From the NCBI GenBank assembly GCA_012270585.1, contig JAAXIB010000020.1:13187-77186 (forward strand): DNA of 64,000 nt. Direction: 5' to 3'. The stretch comes from Nitrospirales bacterium (GTDB lineage Bacteria; Nitrospirota; Nitrospiria; Nitrospirales; UBA8639). The notes below the pieces were generated by a model that was not told the origin of the DNA, ran no database searches, and saw only the letters and a program-made list of their open reading frames with translations. Made by a program: the position numbers and the translations under genes. Shown here piece after piece: positions 55,016-63,813 of the stretch. Each line of letters opens with the position of its first letter. Position 1 is the stretch's first letter.

Positions 55016-56833
55016 GTGATGGAATACCAGGTTTCCGCCAGAAAATTTCGTCCGGGCACGTTTGAGGAGTTGATCGGGCAGCCGCACGTCGTGCAAACGC
55101 TACGGAACGCCATCCTTCGGCAACAGGTGGCCCATGCCTATCTCTTTTCCGGAATGCGTGGGGTGGGAAAGACCACGGCGGCGCGTATTCTGGCCAAGGC
55201 GCTGAATTGCGAAAAAGGACCGATCCCGGAACCTTGCGGGCAGTGCGAGAGTTGTCTGGAAATTGGGCGTGGCAACTCGGTTGACGTCATTGAAATCGAT
55301 GGGGCCTCGAATACCGGGGTGGACGACGTCCGGGAACTTCGCGAAAACGTCAAATTTTCTCCCTTTCGAGGCACCTATCGGATCTACATCATCGACGAAG
55401 TGCATATGCTCTCCAATTCGGCGTTTAACGCCCTGTTGAAGACGTTGGAAGAGCCCCCGCCGCATGCGGTGTTTATCTTTGCGACGACTGAAGTCCATAA
55501 GATCCCACCCACCATCACGTCCCGCTGCCAACATTTCAACTTTCGACGGATTCCCCGGCGGGAGATCATTGCTCGTCTCCAGGAAGTCGTGAAATACGTG
55601 AACGTCACGATCGGCGAACGAAGCTTGGGAGCGATGGCCAGGGCGAGTGAAGGCAGTATGCGCGATGCCCTCAGCTTGTTGGATCAGGCCGTGGCGTTCG
55701 GCGGCAAAACGATTACCGAGCATGACGTGGACGATATGCTCGGGGCCGTGCCCGACGAACTGGTAGGTCGAATCGTGAACACGGTTGTGACCCAGGACCC
55801 AGCCGCGGCCGTCGCCCTTGTCGGCGAGGTGGTTGATCATGGGTACGACCTGCGGGCTTATTGTGGGGCGGTGGTGGAGCGCATGCGCCACCTGATGATT
55901 GCGGCAGTGGTGCCCGGGTTTGAGCAAGCGCAAGGCTTGATGGATTTACCCGATGAAGACGTGAAACGATTGTTGGCGGAAGCCAAGTCGTTTTCGGTAG
56001 AGCAGGTACAGGAGGTCTTCCATCTCTTTGCCCAAGCCGAAGATCGCCTTCGGTCAACGGCGCATCCTCGTTTTGTCTTTGAAGTGGCGGCAGTGCGCGC
56101 GGCACGGGTGCTCCAACCCGGTGCGCAGGTTCCGCAAGCACCAGAACTGCCAAGGGGTCCTCACCCAAGCGTTTCAAAAACGCAGGTTGAAAAAAGCGGG
56201 CCGACGACCGGGGCATCGCCGTCACCGGTACGATCACCGGGCCTCGGAATGTCCGGGCGACCCTCAGCTCCCGTTCAGGGGGGCAGCCCATCTCCTCCCG
56301 TGCCAGGAGAACCTCTCCCGCCGAAAAACGTGGCGAGTGCTCCTCGCACCGCACGGCCTGCGGTCGAGCCGAAACAGGTCTCTACCCCGCAACCGAGACC
56401 GGCAGCTCCGCCGGCTCTTCGGCAGGAAGACTGGCAGCGGGTCGTCGAAGCCGTGATTCAGAGGTCCCCCAACATTGGAACCTTTTTGGAAATGGGGACG
56501 CTGGTAAAAATCGAAGGGGACCAGATCATCGTGGGGTTTCCCAAAACCGCATCCGTGGCCTGTTCAAGAATCCAGAAAGAAGAGAACCGTGCACGAATCT
56601 CAAGGATCTGTCAGGAAATCGCGGGCGTGAATATTCGCCTGCGCGTGGTCGAGTTGACCGGAGAACCAAGCGACGGGCTCACCATCAAGCAGATGCGAGT
56701 CAAACAGCAGCAACAGGATGACGAGGCCTTACTGGAACAGGCACGAGCGAATCCCATGGTGAAACACGCCATGGAATTATTTGGCGGAAAAGTCGTGAAG
56801 GCAAGTCGCGCGAGGGGAAAGAAGGAGGCTTAA
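55016..56833 (+). CDS. dnaX: DNA polymerase III subunit tau/gamma
   Basis: 605 aa; ...YLFSGMRGVGKTT..., zinc module CGQCESC, ...IYIIDEVHMLS..., Pro-rich linker. Confidence 0.9.
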   Translation: MMEYQVSARKFRPGTFEELIGQPHVVQTLRNAILRQQVAHAYLFSGMRGVGKTTAARILAKALNCEKGPIPEPCGQCESCLEIGRGNSVDVIEIDGASNTGVDDVRELRENVKFSPFRGTYRIYIIDEVHMLSNSAFNALLKTLEEPPPHAVFIFATTEVHKIPPTITSRCQHFNFRRIPRREIIARLQEVVKYVNVTIGERSLGAMARASEGSMRDALSLLDQAVAFGGKTITEHDVDDMLGAVPDELVGRIVNTVVTQDPAAAVALVGEVVDHGYDLRAYCGAVVERMRHLMIAAVVPGFEQAQGLMDLPDEDVKRLLAEAKSFSVEQVQEVFHLFAQAEDRLRSTAHPRFVFEVAAVRAARVLQPGAQVPQAPELPRGPHPSVSKTQVEKSGPTTGASPSPVRSPGLGMSGRPSAPVQGGSPSPPVPGEPLPPKNVASAPRTARPAVEPKQVSTPQPRPAAPPALRQEDWQRVVEAVIQRSPNIGTFLEMGTLVKIEGDQIIVGFPKTASVACSRIQKEENRARISRICQEIAGVNIRLRVVELTGEPSDGLTIKQMRVKQQQQDDEALLEQARANPMVKHAMELFGGKVVKASRARGKKEA

Positions 56834-56835
56834 GC

Positions 56836-57159
56836 ATGTCCAAGAATCCTTTTGGCAACATGGGAAATTTGTTGAAACAAGCCCAAGCCATGCAGGAGAA
56901 ACTGGGAAAAATTCAGGAAGAAGCAGCCGCGAAAACCGTCCAGGCATCGGCTGGGGGCGGAATGGTCACGGTCACGGCCAACGGAGGGATGCAAATCACC
57001 AAAGTGGCGATCGAGCCCGACGTTTTGAAGTCGGACGATCCCGACATGTTACAGGACCTCCTCGTGGCTGCCACCAATGAAGCGTTGCGTAAAGCCAAAG
57101 AATTAATGGCTGACGAAGTGAAGGGATTGACCGGAGGGCTGGGTATCCCCGGATTGTAA
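56836..57159 (+). CDS. ybaB: nucleoid-associated protein YbaB/EbfC
   Basis: 107 aa; ...GNMGNLLKQAQAMQEKL...ASAGGGMVTVTANG.... Confidence 0.9.
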   Translation: MSKNPFGNMGNLLKQAQAMQEKLGKIQEEAAAKTVQASAGGGMVTVTANGGMQITKVAIEPDVLKSDDPDMLQDLLVAATNEALRKAKELMADEVKGLTGGLGIPGL

Positions 57160-57234
57160 CGCATTGAGGATTGTAGATTGCGGATTTGAGAATCCACAAT
57201 CAAAAATCCACAATCAAAAATCAAAAATGCCCTC

Positions 57235-57840
57235 ATGAGCGTACAACAGCGGCAGGGATTATTGGCCAAGCTGGCTAAGGAGTTCGTCCGATTGCCCGGC
57301 GTTGGGCAAAAGACCGCGCAACGACTTGCCTTTCATCTGATGAAGGTCGCCAGGGAAGACGCCCTGCGTTTGGCCGATGCCATTCGGGACGTCAAAGAAC
57401 ATGTGGTATTTTGCGTGCAATGTCGCAATATTGCGGAAAGCGAGTTGTGCGACATTTGCCAGGATCCGGAACGCGATCGGACCAGGATTCTGGTCGTGGA
57501 AGAACCGAGCACCTTACACGCAATCGATCAATGTCGAGGATACAAAGGCCTATATCACGTCCTGATGGGCTCGATCTCGCCGCTGGACGGGGTAGGTCCG
57601 TCCGACATCCGCGCGAAGGAACTGGAAGTGCGCGTCCGGGACGGTGGAGTCCAGGAGGTCATCGTGGCGACGAATCCCACCATTGAAGGTGAGGCCACGG
57701 CGATTTACCTCACGAACCTCTTGAAGCCCTACGGAGTCAAGGTCTCACGAATTGCCTACGGTATTCCCGTGGGCATGGATATCGAATACGCCGACGACGT
57801 GACCCTGACCAAATCCATCGAAGGCCGGCGGGAACTGTAG
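57235..57840 (+). CDS. recR: recombination protein RecR
   Basis: 201 aa; ...LPGVGQKTAQRLAFHL..., zinc finger CVQCRNI...CDIC, Toprim ...ILVVEEP.D.... Confidence 0.95.
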   Translation: MSVQQRQGLLAKLAKEFVRLPGVGQKTAQRLAFHLMKVAREDALRLADAIRDVKEHVVFCVQCRNIAESELCDICQDPERDRTRILVVEEPSTLHAIDQCRGYKGLYHVLMGSISPLDGVGPSDIRAKELEVRVRDGGVQEVIVATNPTIEGEATAIYLTNLLKPYGVKVSRIAYGIPVGMDIEYADDVTLTKSIEGRREL

Positions 57841-57847
57841 CGAATGG

Positions 57848-58038
57848 ATTGTCGGGTTATGCCTTCGGCTAACCCGACCTACGGGTGTATTTGGTCTTTG
57901 CCTTTTCTGTCATCCCCGACATTTTTAATCGGGGATCCAGGGTCTTTGCTTTTTTCTTTCGTCAGAACAACGACCCCGGATTCCTGCTTTCGCAGGAAGG
58001 ACAAGTAGGTCGGATTAGCGCAGCGTAATCCGACAAAT
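57848..58038. repeat. pair of inverted REP-like hairpins flanking two further small hairpins (BIME/MITE-like cluster)
   Basis: ATTGTCGGGTTATGCCTTCGGCTAACCCGACCTAC (57848-57882) versus GTAGGTCGGATTAGCGCAGCGTAATCCGACAAAT (58005-58038), which is its near reverse complement. Internal hairpins are CCCCGA-N9-TCGGGG and TTCCTGC-TTTC-GCAGGAA. Confidence 0.5.
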
Positions 58039-58217
58039 GCGTCTGGTGTGATTAGCTCCGCGTTCCGTTAGCGAATGAATAAAAAATTTCATCCCCTCTC
58101 AGAATTTTCGGAACCTCGAAAATGAGTCAGGAACTGGAAATTCTTCAAATGGTCACGGCCCGCTTGGCGGAAGCCGGCATTCCCTACATGGCCACGTTGA
58201 CAAATGCCGGTTGAATC

Positions 58218-59012
58218 GTGAGCCGGAGAGGCAAGATTCAGATGAAAGTGTTTGTAAGATTCCTTGTTCTCATAGGGGTACTTGGAGTCATAGCCGTGGT
58301 GTTGGTCAGCCTGTCGTTGAACGCCTTGGTCAAAGGCGGGATCGAGACCATGGGCCCACAAATATTGGGGGTGCCGGTGACGCTGGAGGACGTGGACGTG
58401 ACGCTGTTGTCCGGCACGACCATGCACGCCGGGTTGACCCAACTCGTTGTCAATAACCCTGAAGGATATGAGACCGCCTCTGCCGTATCCCTTCCGGAAA
58501 TCCGAGTGCACGTCGATTGGAACTCTCTGTTGACTGATACCGTGGTCATCGAAGAGGTGCTGATCGTGGCACCGGCCATTACCTTCGAATGGTCGTTACG
58601 GGGCAGCAACCTCGGCACGATTCAAGAGAACGTCAAGCGCAATACGCGATCCGGTTCCGATGACAATGGTCGAGAAGAAGGTGACCGGCATGAGGAAGGA
58701 CAAGAACCCGATAAAACCGTTCACATTAAAAAAGTGACGGTCAAAGACGCGATCATCAACGTGAGCCTCATAGGTGGACAAGGCGAAGTCATTCAGTTGC
58801 CGCTGCCTGATCTCGAATTGCGTGATATCGGCAACCCATCCGGAGGCACCACGTTCTCACAAGCGTCAGCCGTCGTTTTCGACGAGATCTACGGCGCCAT
58901 TATCAAGGCCGTCATAAAATCAGGAATGCTCCTGCCTCAGGGTATCGAGCAACTCGGCAAATCCCTCGGGAAGATGGGGAAAGAGTTGTTGAGAGGATTG
59001 TTTGGCAAATAA
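58218..59012 (+). CDS. membrane-anchored hypothetical protein (AsmA/DUF748-like N-terminus)
   Basis: 264 aa. N-terminal TM (MKVFVRFLVLIGVLGVIAVVLV...), beta-rich body, acidic insert. The start is probably ATG 58242. Confidence 0.45.
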   Translation: MSRRGKIQMKVFVRFLVLIGVLGVIAVVLVSLSLNALVKGGIETMGPQILGVPVTLEDVDVTLLSGTTMHAGLTQLVVNNPEGYETASAVSLPEIRVHVDWNSLLTDTVVIEEVLIVAPAITFEWSLRGSNLGTIQENVKRNTRSGSDDNGREEGDRHEEGQEPDKTVHIKKVTVKDAIINVSLIGGQGEVIQLPLPDLELRDIGNPSGGTTFSQASAVVFDEIYGAIIKAVIKSGMLLPQGIEQLGKSLGKMGKELLRGLFGK

Positions 59013-59408
59013 GCGCCTCGAACCCTAACCGGGTCGCAATCCATTGTGGTTAAATGTCTGGGCAAAGTCCACCTTTTCTTTTCCTCTACAAATCAAGCTT
59101 CGTCCGTCACGAACAAACCAATAAAAAGTTTTGAATATTACCTGATTACGTGTAGCGTTGGCTGATATTGGGATAAGCTTCACAGATCTCTGAATATCAA
59201 CACCTACGTGAAAACGTTTCTTATCTATTGATATTATGTTAAATAAAGTCTGTCTTTGCTTGAAAAAAAGCAATGTACTCTCATGAATCGACATGTTGCA
59301 ATTTACCCAAAACTTTTTTGCGCAAGCCCATTGACAGGAATATTTAGGTAAAATAAGGTTTGGTTTGGTAAAATAAATTATTACCACACCTTAACCAAGG
59401 AATAAAAA

Positions 59409-60086
59409 ATGGACATGCAGAAAGAAATAGATCGCATTCAATCACTTTTGTTCGATCAGATTTCGTCTGCCGTCTCAAATCGCGATGTTGCCAAAGTTGT
59501 CAAGCTTAGCAGCCACGCTAAAGAGTGCGAGACACTAAAGACTGAAAATACGGCATTCATTCGTCGTGTGGAAGCACTCAAGAACGCTCTCAATGGTTCC
59601 GGATCTCTATCAACAACCTCACCAAATCCCACTGATCCCGCCGAAGCTGCTTTTCTCTCACGTAGAGAAGTTGGTAAACAGGCGCGCTCCGAATGGATAG
59701 AGAGGCTCCGAACGTTTGGCATCTCTTTAAATAGGCATGGCAAGCAGTATCAAATGGCGCGTGGGCAGTCCGTGGCAGTGGCGTTCGCAAACGAACTCCC
59801 CGAATTGGAAAACCAATGGTTCCTTGGTCTTGCTGACGAGGAACCCACCGCAGCCGCTGTACTTTTATGCAAATCTCTGGGAGGTAAACTCCACGATATT
59901 GTGCTGCCTGTCTCGCTTTTGCGCGAAGTATGGCCTGTCCTCAACAGGAGCGGTAAACAGGTGAAATTCCATATCCAAGAAAGGGATGCTGGCCAGTTAT
60001 TCCTGCGCATTCCCAAAGCCAGTCGGCTGGACATCACTTGGCTGGATGTCACGAGGTACATAGGCAATTATGGGCCACTCCGATAA
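59409..60086 (+). CDS. hypothetical protein in a low-GC insert
   Basis: 225-aa ORF with AAGGAATAAAAAATG context, preceded by about 400 nt of AT-rich DNA. No family recognised. Confidence 0.45.
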   Translation: MDMQKEIDRIQSLLFDQISSAVSNRDVAKVVKLSSHAKECETLKTENTAFIRRVEALKNALNGSGSLSTTSPNPTDPAEAAFLSRREVGKQARSEWIERLRTFGISLNRHGKQYQMARGQSVAVAFANELPELENQWFLGLADEEPTAAAVLLCKSLGGKLHDIVLPVSLLREVWPVLNRSGKQVKFHIQERDAGQLFLRIPKASRLDITWLDVTRYIGNYGPLR

Positions 60087-60189
60087 TACGGCCCCTGGTG
60101 CCCATCGAAGCTCGCCAGCCGCCGATTTGATCCTCCAAAATTCAAAGGGCCGGCACATGGGTCGGCCCCTACTGAGGATGAGGGTTACC

Positions 60190-60444
60190 ATGCGTATTGT
60201 CTCATTTACCGAAGCCAGGAATCGTCTGAAATCAGTGCTTGATGGGGTTGTAAATGATGCCGGCTGTGCGGTCATCACGCGTCGGGATGCGAAAGATGCC
60301 GTGGTGATGTCAATGGATTATTACAACAGCTTAATGGAAACCGTCCATTTGCTGAAATCGCCGGCCAATGCTGCTCATCTGGCTCAATCCATCGAGCAAT
60401 TCAAGACAGGGCAGGTCGCTAAACGAGATATGATGAATAAGTAG
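60190..60444 (+). CDS. yefM: Phd/YefM-family antitoxin
   Basis: [55 protein letters not shown].... Start set at ATG 60190. Confidence 0.8.
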   Translation: MRIVSFTEARNRLKSVLDGVVNDAGCAVITRRDAKDAVVMSMDYYNSLMETVHLLKSPANAAHLAQSIEQFKTGQVAKRDMMNK

Positions 60445-60445
60445 G

Positions 60446-60487
60446 ACGTTTGCGTGGACCGACACCGCTTGGGATGATTATCTGTAA
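60446..60487 (+). pseudogene. remnant of a YoeB/Txe-type toxin gene (first ~13 codons only)
   Basis: Directly after yefM: ...TFAWTDTAWDDYL-TAA. This matches the conserved N-terminus (K.IWSE.AWDDYLYWQ) of YoeB. There is no start codon and the rest of the gene is missing. Confidence 0.5.
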
Positions 60488-60504
60488 AGAAAGGGGCTAA
60501 AACA

Positions 60505-60696
60505 ATGCAAACGCAAAAGTACGTCTATTGGCAAGATGGGGACATGTGGCTCGGATTTTTTGCAGAATATCCCGACTACTGGACACAAGGTGAAACGAAA
60601 GAAGAATTAGAAGAAAATCTGATGGACATATACAACGAACTGACGAGTGGTACCATTCCTTGCGTCCGAAGAGTTGACGAATTACAAGTCTCATGA
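60505..60696 (+). CDS. hicB: HicB-like antitoxin
   Basis: 63 aa; ...WLGFFAEYPDYWTQGETKEELEENLMDIYNEL.... Confidence 0.6.
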   Translation: MQTQKYVYWQDGDMWLGFFAEYPDYWTQGETKEELEENLMDIYNELTSGTIPCVRRVDELQVS

Positions 60697-60869
60697 AAAG
60701 ACGAGACGTGATACGTGAATTAGAGAAGATGGGTTGTGTGCTCATTCGTCATGGGGCAAAGCATGACTGGTATCAAAACCCAAACACAAAAGTCTCCCAG
60801 CCTGTTCCACGTCATAGAGAAATCAAAGATCATTTGGCAAAGCACGTTATCAATATGCTGAAGGCTTAA
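60693..60869 (+). CDS. hicA: HicA-family mRNA-interferase toxin
   Basis: 58 aa, below the track cutoff: MKRRDVIRELEKMGCVLIRHGAKHDWYQNPNTKVSQPVPRHREIKDHLAKHVINMLKA. ATGA overlap with hicB. Confidence 0.6.
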   Translation: MKRRDVIRELEKMGCVLIRHGAKHDWYQNPNTKVSQPVPRHREIKDHLAKHVINMLKA

Positions 60870-60968
60870 TCCTGCCCTTTCCTGACCAAAGACGATGATT
60901 GGCTCAACATTCGTCAACCAACTGTTGGAAATCTCCGATATAAGTATCAACTGCCTGCAATCCCAACG

Positions 60969-61379
60969 TCATTGAGAAAACGTGACCCCCGTATCCTGTA
61001 CTTCGCGGTAGGGCAGCAACCACACGAGTGATTCATCGTGGAGGTCGACGACCTGGATGCGGTTGCCCCAGGGGTCGCGGAAGTCGCACCGGAAAGGCGG
61101 TTCCAACGTCAGACCGTATTTGTTGACGAGTTTCTCCCGCACTTCGTTGACCTGGTTTTCATCCCGGACCATGATGCCGAAATGTTTCATGCGATCGGGT
61201 TGCAGGGTTTCGACTTCGAAGATGGCCAGGAACTGATGCTCCCCCAGTTTGCACCAGGCGGCTCCCTCTCCTCCCCGCAGCATTTCCAGGTTGAACACGT
61301 CTGAATAAAATTCCACGGCTTTCTGGGCGTCGTCCACTTCGATGGCGACGTGGTTGCATCCATAGACTTGAACGGCCAT
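60969..61379 (-). CDS. VOC-family (glyoxalase/bleomycin-resistance/dioxygenase) protein
   Basis: MAVQVYGCNHVAIEVDDAQKAVEFYSDVFNLE...HFGIMV...DPWGNRIQVV.... Start set at ATG 61379. Confidence 0.7.
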   Translation of the reverse strand: MAVQVYGCNHVAIEVDDAQKAVEFYSDVFNLEMLRGGEGAAWCKLGEHQFLAIFEVETLQPDRMKHFGIMVRDENQVNEVREKLVNKYGLTLEPPFRCDFRDPWGNRIQVVDLHDESLVWLLPYREVQDTGVTFSQ

Positions 61380-61528
61380 TGCTTCGTCTCCTTTGTCATG
61401 ATTGAGCCACTGCGTCTTCGATATATTGATCATAACAGATGACGAGAACGAATCTGTAGGGATCGACCCCCGGCGCAGCAAAGAAAAAAATGGGATGCAA
61501 TCGTGGACCGTTTGGGGGAGAGAACGGC

Positions 61529-61858
61529 TTATGGGACAAAGGTTTCAGACAGAACCGCCAGAACTTTTTGCGCGGTGGAAGGAGCAATTCTTCCCAAGCG
61601 TCGCACTAACCGTTTTTTGTCCACGGTTCGAATCTGATCCAAAACAATGTACCCTTTCTTCCCTTGGAACGTCACCGGCACGCGGGTCGGATAGGCACGT
61701 CCTTTTGTGGTCATTGGGGCAATGATAACCGTGTCGATGGTATGGTTTATCTCATCAGGAGAGATGATGAGTCCGGGACGGGTTTTGCGAATTTCTCGAC
61801 CAACCGTAGGCTCTAAATTGACGAGATAAACTTCAAAACGGGAAGCTACCACGTCCAT
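61529..61858 (-). CDS. mazF: MazF/PemK-family toxin endoribonuclease
   Basis: 109 aa; ...VYLVNLEPTVGREIRKTRPGLIISPDEIN...VIIAPMTT...VLDQIRTVDKKRL.... Confidence 0.85.
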   Translation of the reverse strand: MDVVASRFEVYLVNLEPTVGREIRKTRPGLIISPDEINHTIDTVIIAPMTTKGRAYPTRVPVTFQGKKGYIVLDQIRTVDKKRLVRRLGRIAPSTAQKVLAVLSETFVP

Positions 61859-62100
61859 TCGGTCCTATCCCACTCAGAGCCTGAGAAGAGACCGGGATCA
61901 AGAAGTCGGTCTTCTTTCTTCGATGCCATTTCCCTGAATGCCTGTGTCCAGCCTGCTCTCGGTTTTATCAGGGAACGGATAACCAGTTCTCCGTTTTTCG
62001 CTTCCATTTCGACACAGTCTTCCAAGTGGCATTGTTTTAAAAGGGTTTGAGGGATCCGAATGCCACGGGAGTTTCCGACAGCGACAATTTTGGTTCTCAT
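61846..62100 (-). CDS. mazE: AbrB/MazE-type antitoxin
   Basis: MRTKIVAVGNSRGIRIPQTLLKQCHL...VEMEAKNGELVI.... Overlaps the mazF start. Confidence 0.75.
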   Translation of the reverse strand: MRTKIVAVGNSRGIRIPQTLLKQCHLEDCVEMEAKNGELVIRSLIKPRAGWTQAFREMASKKEDRLLDPGLFSGSEWDRTEWTW

Positions 62101-62187
62101 GGTATTCACCGATAGGATTTTAGTAATTACTTTGTAATTACACAAGAAGGTCTTGTGTGTCAAGGCCGGTGCCGGAGAAAAATACGG

Positions 62188-63795
62188 CTACCCCATCTCC
62201 AGAAGGTCGTGGTCGGGGTTGTGTTCTTTGGCGAAGGTTTTGGACCAGGGAGAGCGGAACAACACGATGGGACGGTTCCGGTGATCCTTGACGATCAGGG
62301 CGTCGCTCGGGGCGCGAAAGGTGGCCACGTCTCCGACCAACCAGGCACTGCACGCATAGCTCAGTGGTTCGAGTCGGGTCTCCACCCGGTATTCATTGCG
62401 CAGGCGAAATTCCAAAACGTCGAACTGGAGCCGGCCCACCGCGGCGACGAGGAAGTCCAGGTCATCGAGGCTCCGGAGAATCTGCACCGTGCCTTCGGCG
62501 GCCATTTGTTCCATGCCTTTGTCAAAGGCTTTGCGTTTACCCACGTCGGTGGGATGAATCCTGGCAAAAACCTCCGGTTGAAACTGGGGAAGCGGTTGAT
62601 AATTGAACCCGTCACTCAGTGAGATGGTATCGCCGACGGCAAACTGGCCCGGGTTGATCACTCCGATGATGTCGCCGGGATACGCCACGTCCACGGTGTT
62701 GCGGCCCTTGGCGACGAGACTGTGCGGCCGGGACAGGCGCACGTCATGCCCCAGTCGATGATGTTTGACCACCATGTCACGCTCGAATCGCCCGGAGCAG
62801 ACTCGTAAGAAGGCCGTGCTATCGCGATGCCGGGGATTCATGTTTGCCTGGATTTTAAAGATATAGGCGCTGAACGGTCGCTCTACCGGGTCTACGACGA
62901 TTTCCGTGCCGTCGTGCCGGTCAGCCGTGCGAGGGATAGCGGCGGGCGCCATCTCCACAAAGGCGTCAAAGAAATTTTCCATACCGAAGTTCGTGAGTGC
63001 CGAGGCAAAAAAGACGGGCGTCACCTCACCGTTGAGAAAAGCCTCCTGCGAATACGGGTTCCCGGCCACGTCCAACAGTTCCAAATCATGGTTGACTTCC
63101 TGCAATGTGTCTTCCCCGATCAGCGCCTTGGCTTCAGGGCTATGCAAAAAAATTTCCCTGCGGGCGGCTTTAGCGGATCCTTGCGCCGCCATTTTTTTGA
63201 ACAGCGAGACCCGTTGGGTGGCGCGGTCCACGACGCCCACGAATTGTTGTCCTGACCCGATGGGCCAATTGATCGGATTGGCATGAATGCGCAGGACGTC
63301 TTCCACTTCGGCCATGAGGTCGAGCGGCATACGTCCAGGCAGGTCCATTTTGTTGATCAACGTCAGCACGGGGATGTTGCGCAACCGGCACACCTCGAAT
63401 AATTTCCGGGTTTGGACTTCGACGCCTTTCGCCGCGTCGATGACCATCACGGCACTATCCGCGGCGGTCAGTGTCCGGTACGTATCTTCACAAAAATCCT
63501 GGTGACCCGGTGTATCGAGGACGTTGATGACGGTATTTTTGTATTGGAACTGCATGGCCGACGCGGTGATCGAGATCCCACGCTCCTGTTCCATTTCCAT
63601 CCAGTCTGACGTCGTTGTCCTGGAGCTTTTTCGGCTTCCCACCATTCCTGCGGTGCGAACCATCCCCGAATAGAGCAGGAGTTTTTCCGTGACGGTGGTT
63701 TTACCCGCGTCAGGATGACTGATGATGGCAAAGGTTCGGCGCTTGTTCGCCTGGACCCGAACGTCGTTCTGAATGTGTGGGGCGGATGTGACCAT
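62188..63795 (-). CDS. prfC: peptide chain release factor 3
   Basis: 535 aa; ...RRTFAIISHPDAGKTTVTEKLLL..., ...LDTPGHQDF..., ...INKMD.... Confidence 0.95.
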   Translation of the reverse strand: MVTSAPHIQNDVRVQANKRRTFAIISHPDAGKTTVTEKLLLYSGMVRTAGMVGSRKSSRTTTSDWMEMEQERGISITASAMQFQYKNTVINVLDTPGHQDFCEDTYRTLTAADSAVMVIDAAKGVEVQTRKLFEVCRLRNIPVLTLINKMDLPGRMPLDLMAEVEDVLRIHANPINWPIGSGQQFVGVVDRATQRVSLFKKMAAQGSAKAARREIFLHSPEAKALIGEDTLQEVNHDLELLDVAGNPYSQEAFLNGEVTPVFFASALTNFGMENFFDAFVEMAPAAIPRTADRHDGTEIVVDPVERPFSAYIFKIQANMNPRHRDSTAFLRVCSGRFERDMVVKHHRLGHDVRLSRPHSLVAKGRNTVDVAYPGDIIGVINPGQFAVGDTISLSDGFNYQPLPQFQPEVFARIHPTDVGKRKAFDKGMEQMAAEGTVQILRSLDDLDFLVAAVGRLQFDVLEFRLRNEYRVETRLEPLSYACSAWLVGDVATFRAPSDALIVKDHRNRPIVLFRSPWSKTFAKEHNPDHDLLEMG

Positions 63796-63813
63796 GGGTG
63801 ATGGTGGGCGGGG

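Noticed and set aside
56150-56200. Programmed frameshift or transcriptional slippage site for a gamma form of DnaX at the GAAAAAAG run.
   Set aside because: The A-run is only six A and is not in the A-AAA-AAG register relative to the dnaX frame. The -1 frame also stays open for hundreds of nt instead of terminating quickly, so there is no sequence support for a canonical gamma frameshift.
59025-59387. 120-aa minus-strand ORF inside the AT-rich insert.
   Set aside because: It is an ORF in about 33% GC DNA with Ile/Lys/Phe/Asn-rich translation, no RBS and no family resemblance. It is more likely a chance ORF in the promoter and leader region of the 59409 gene.
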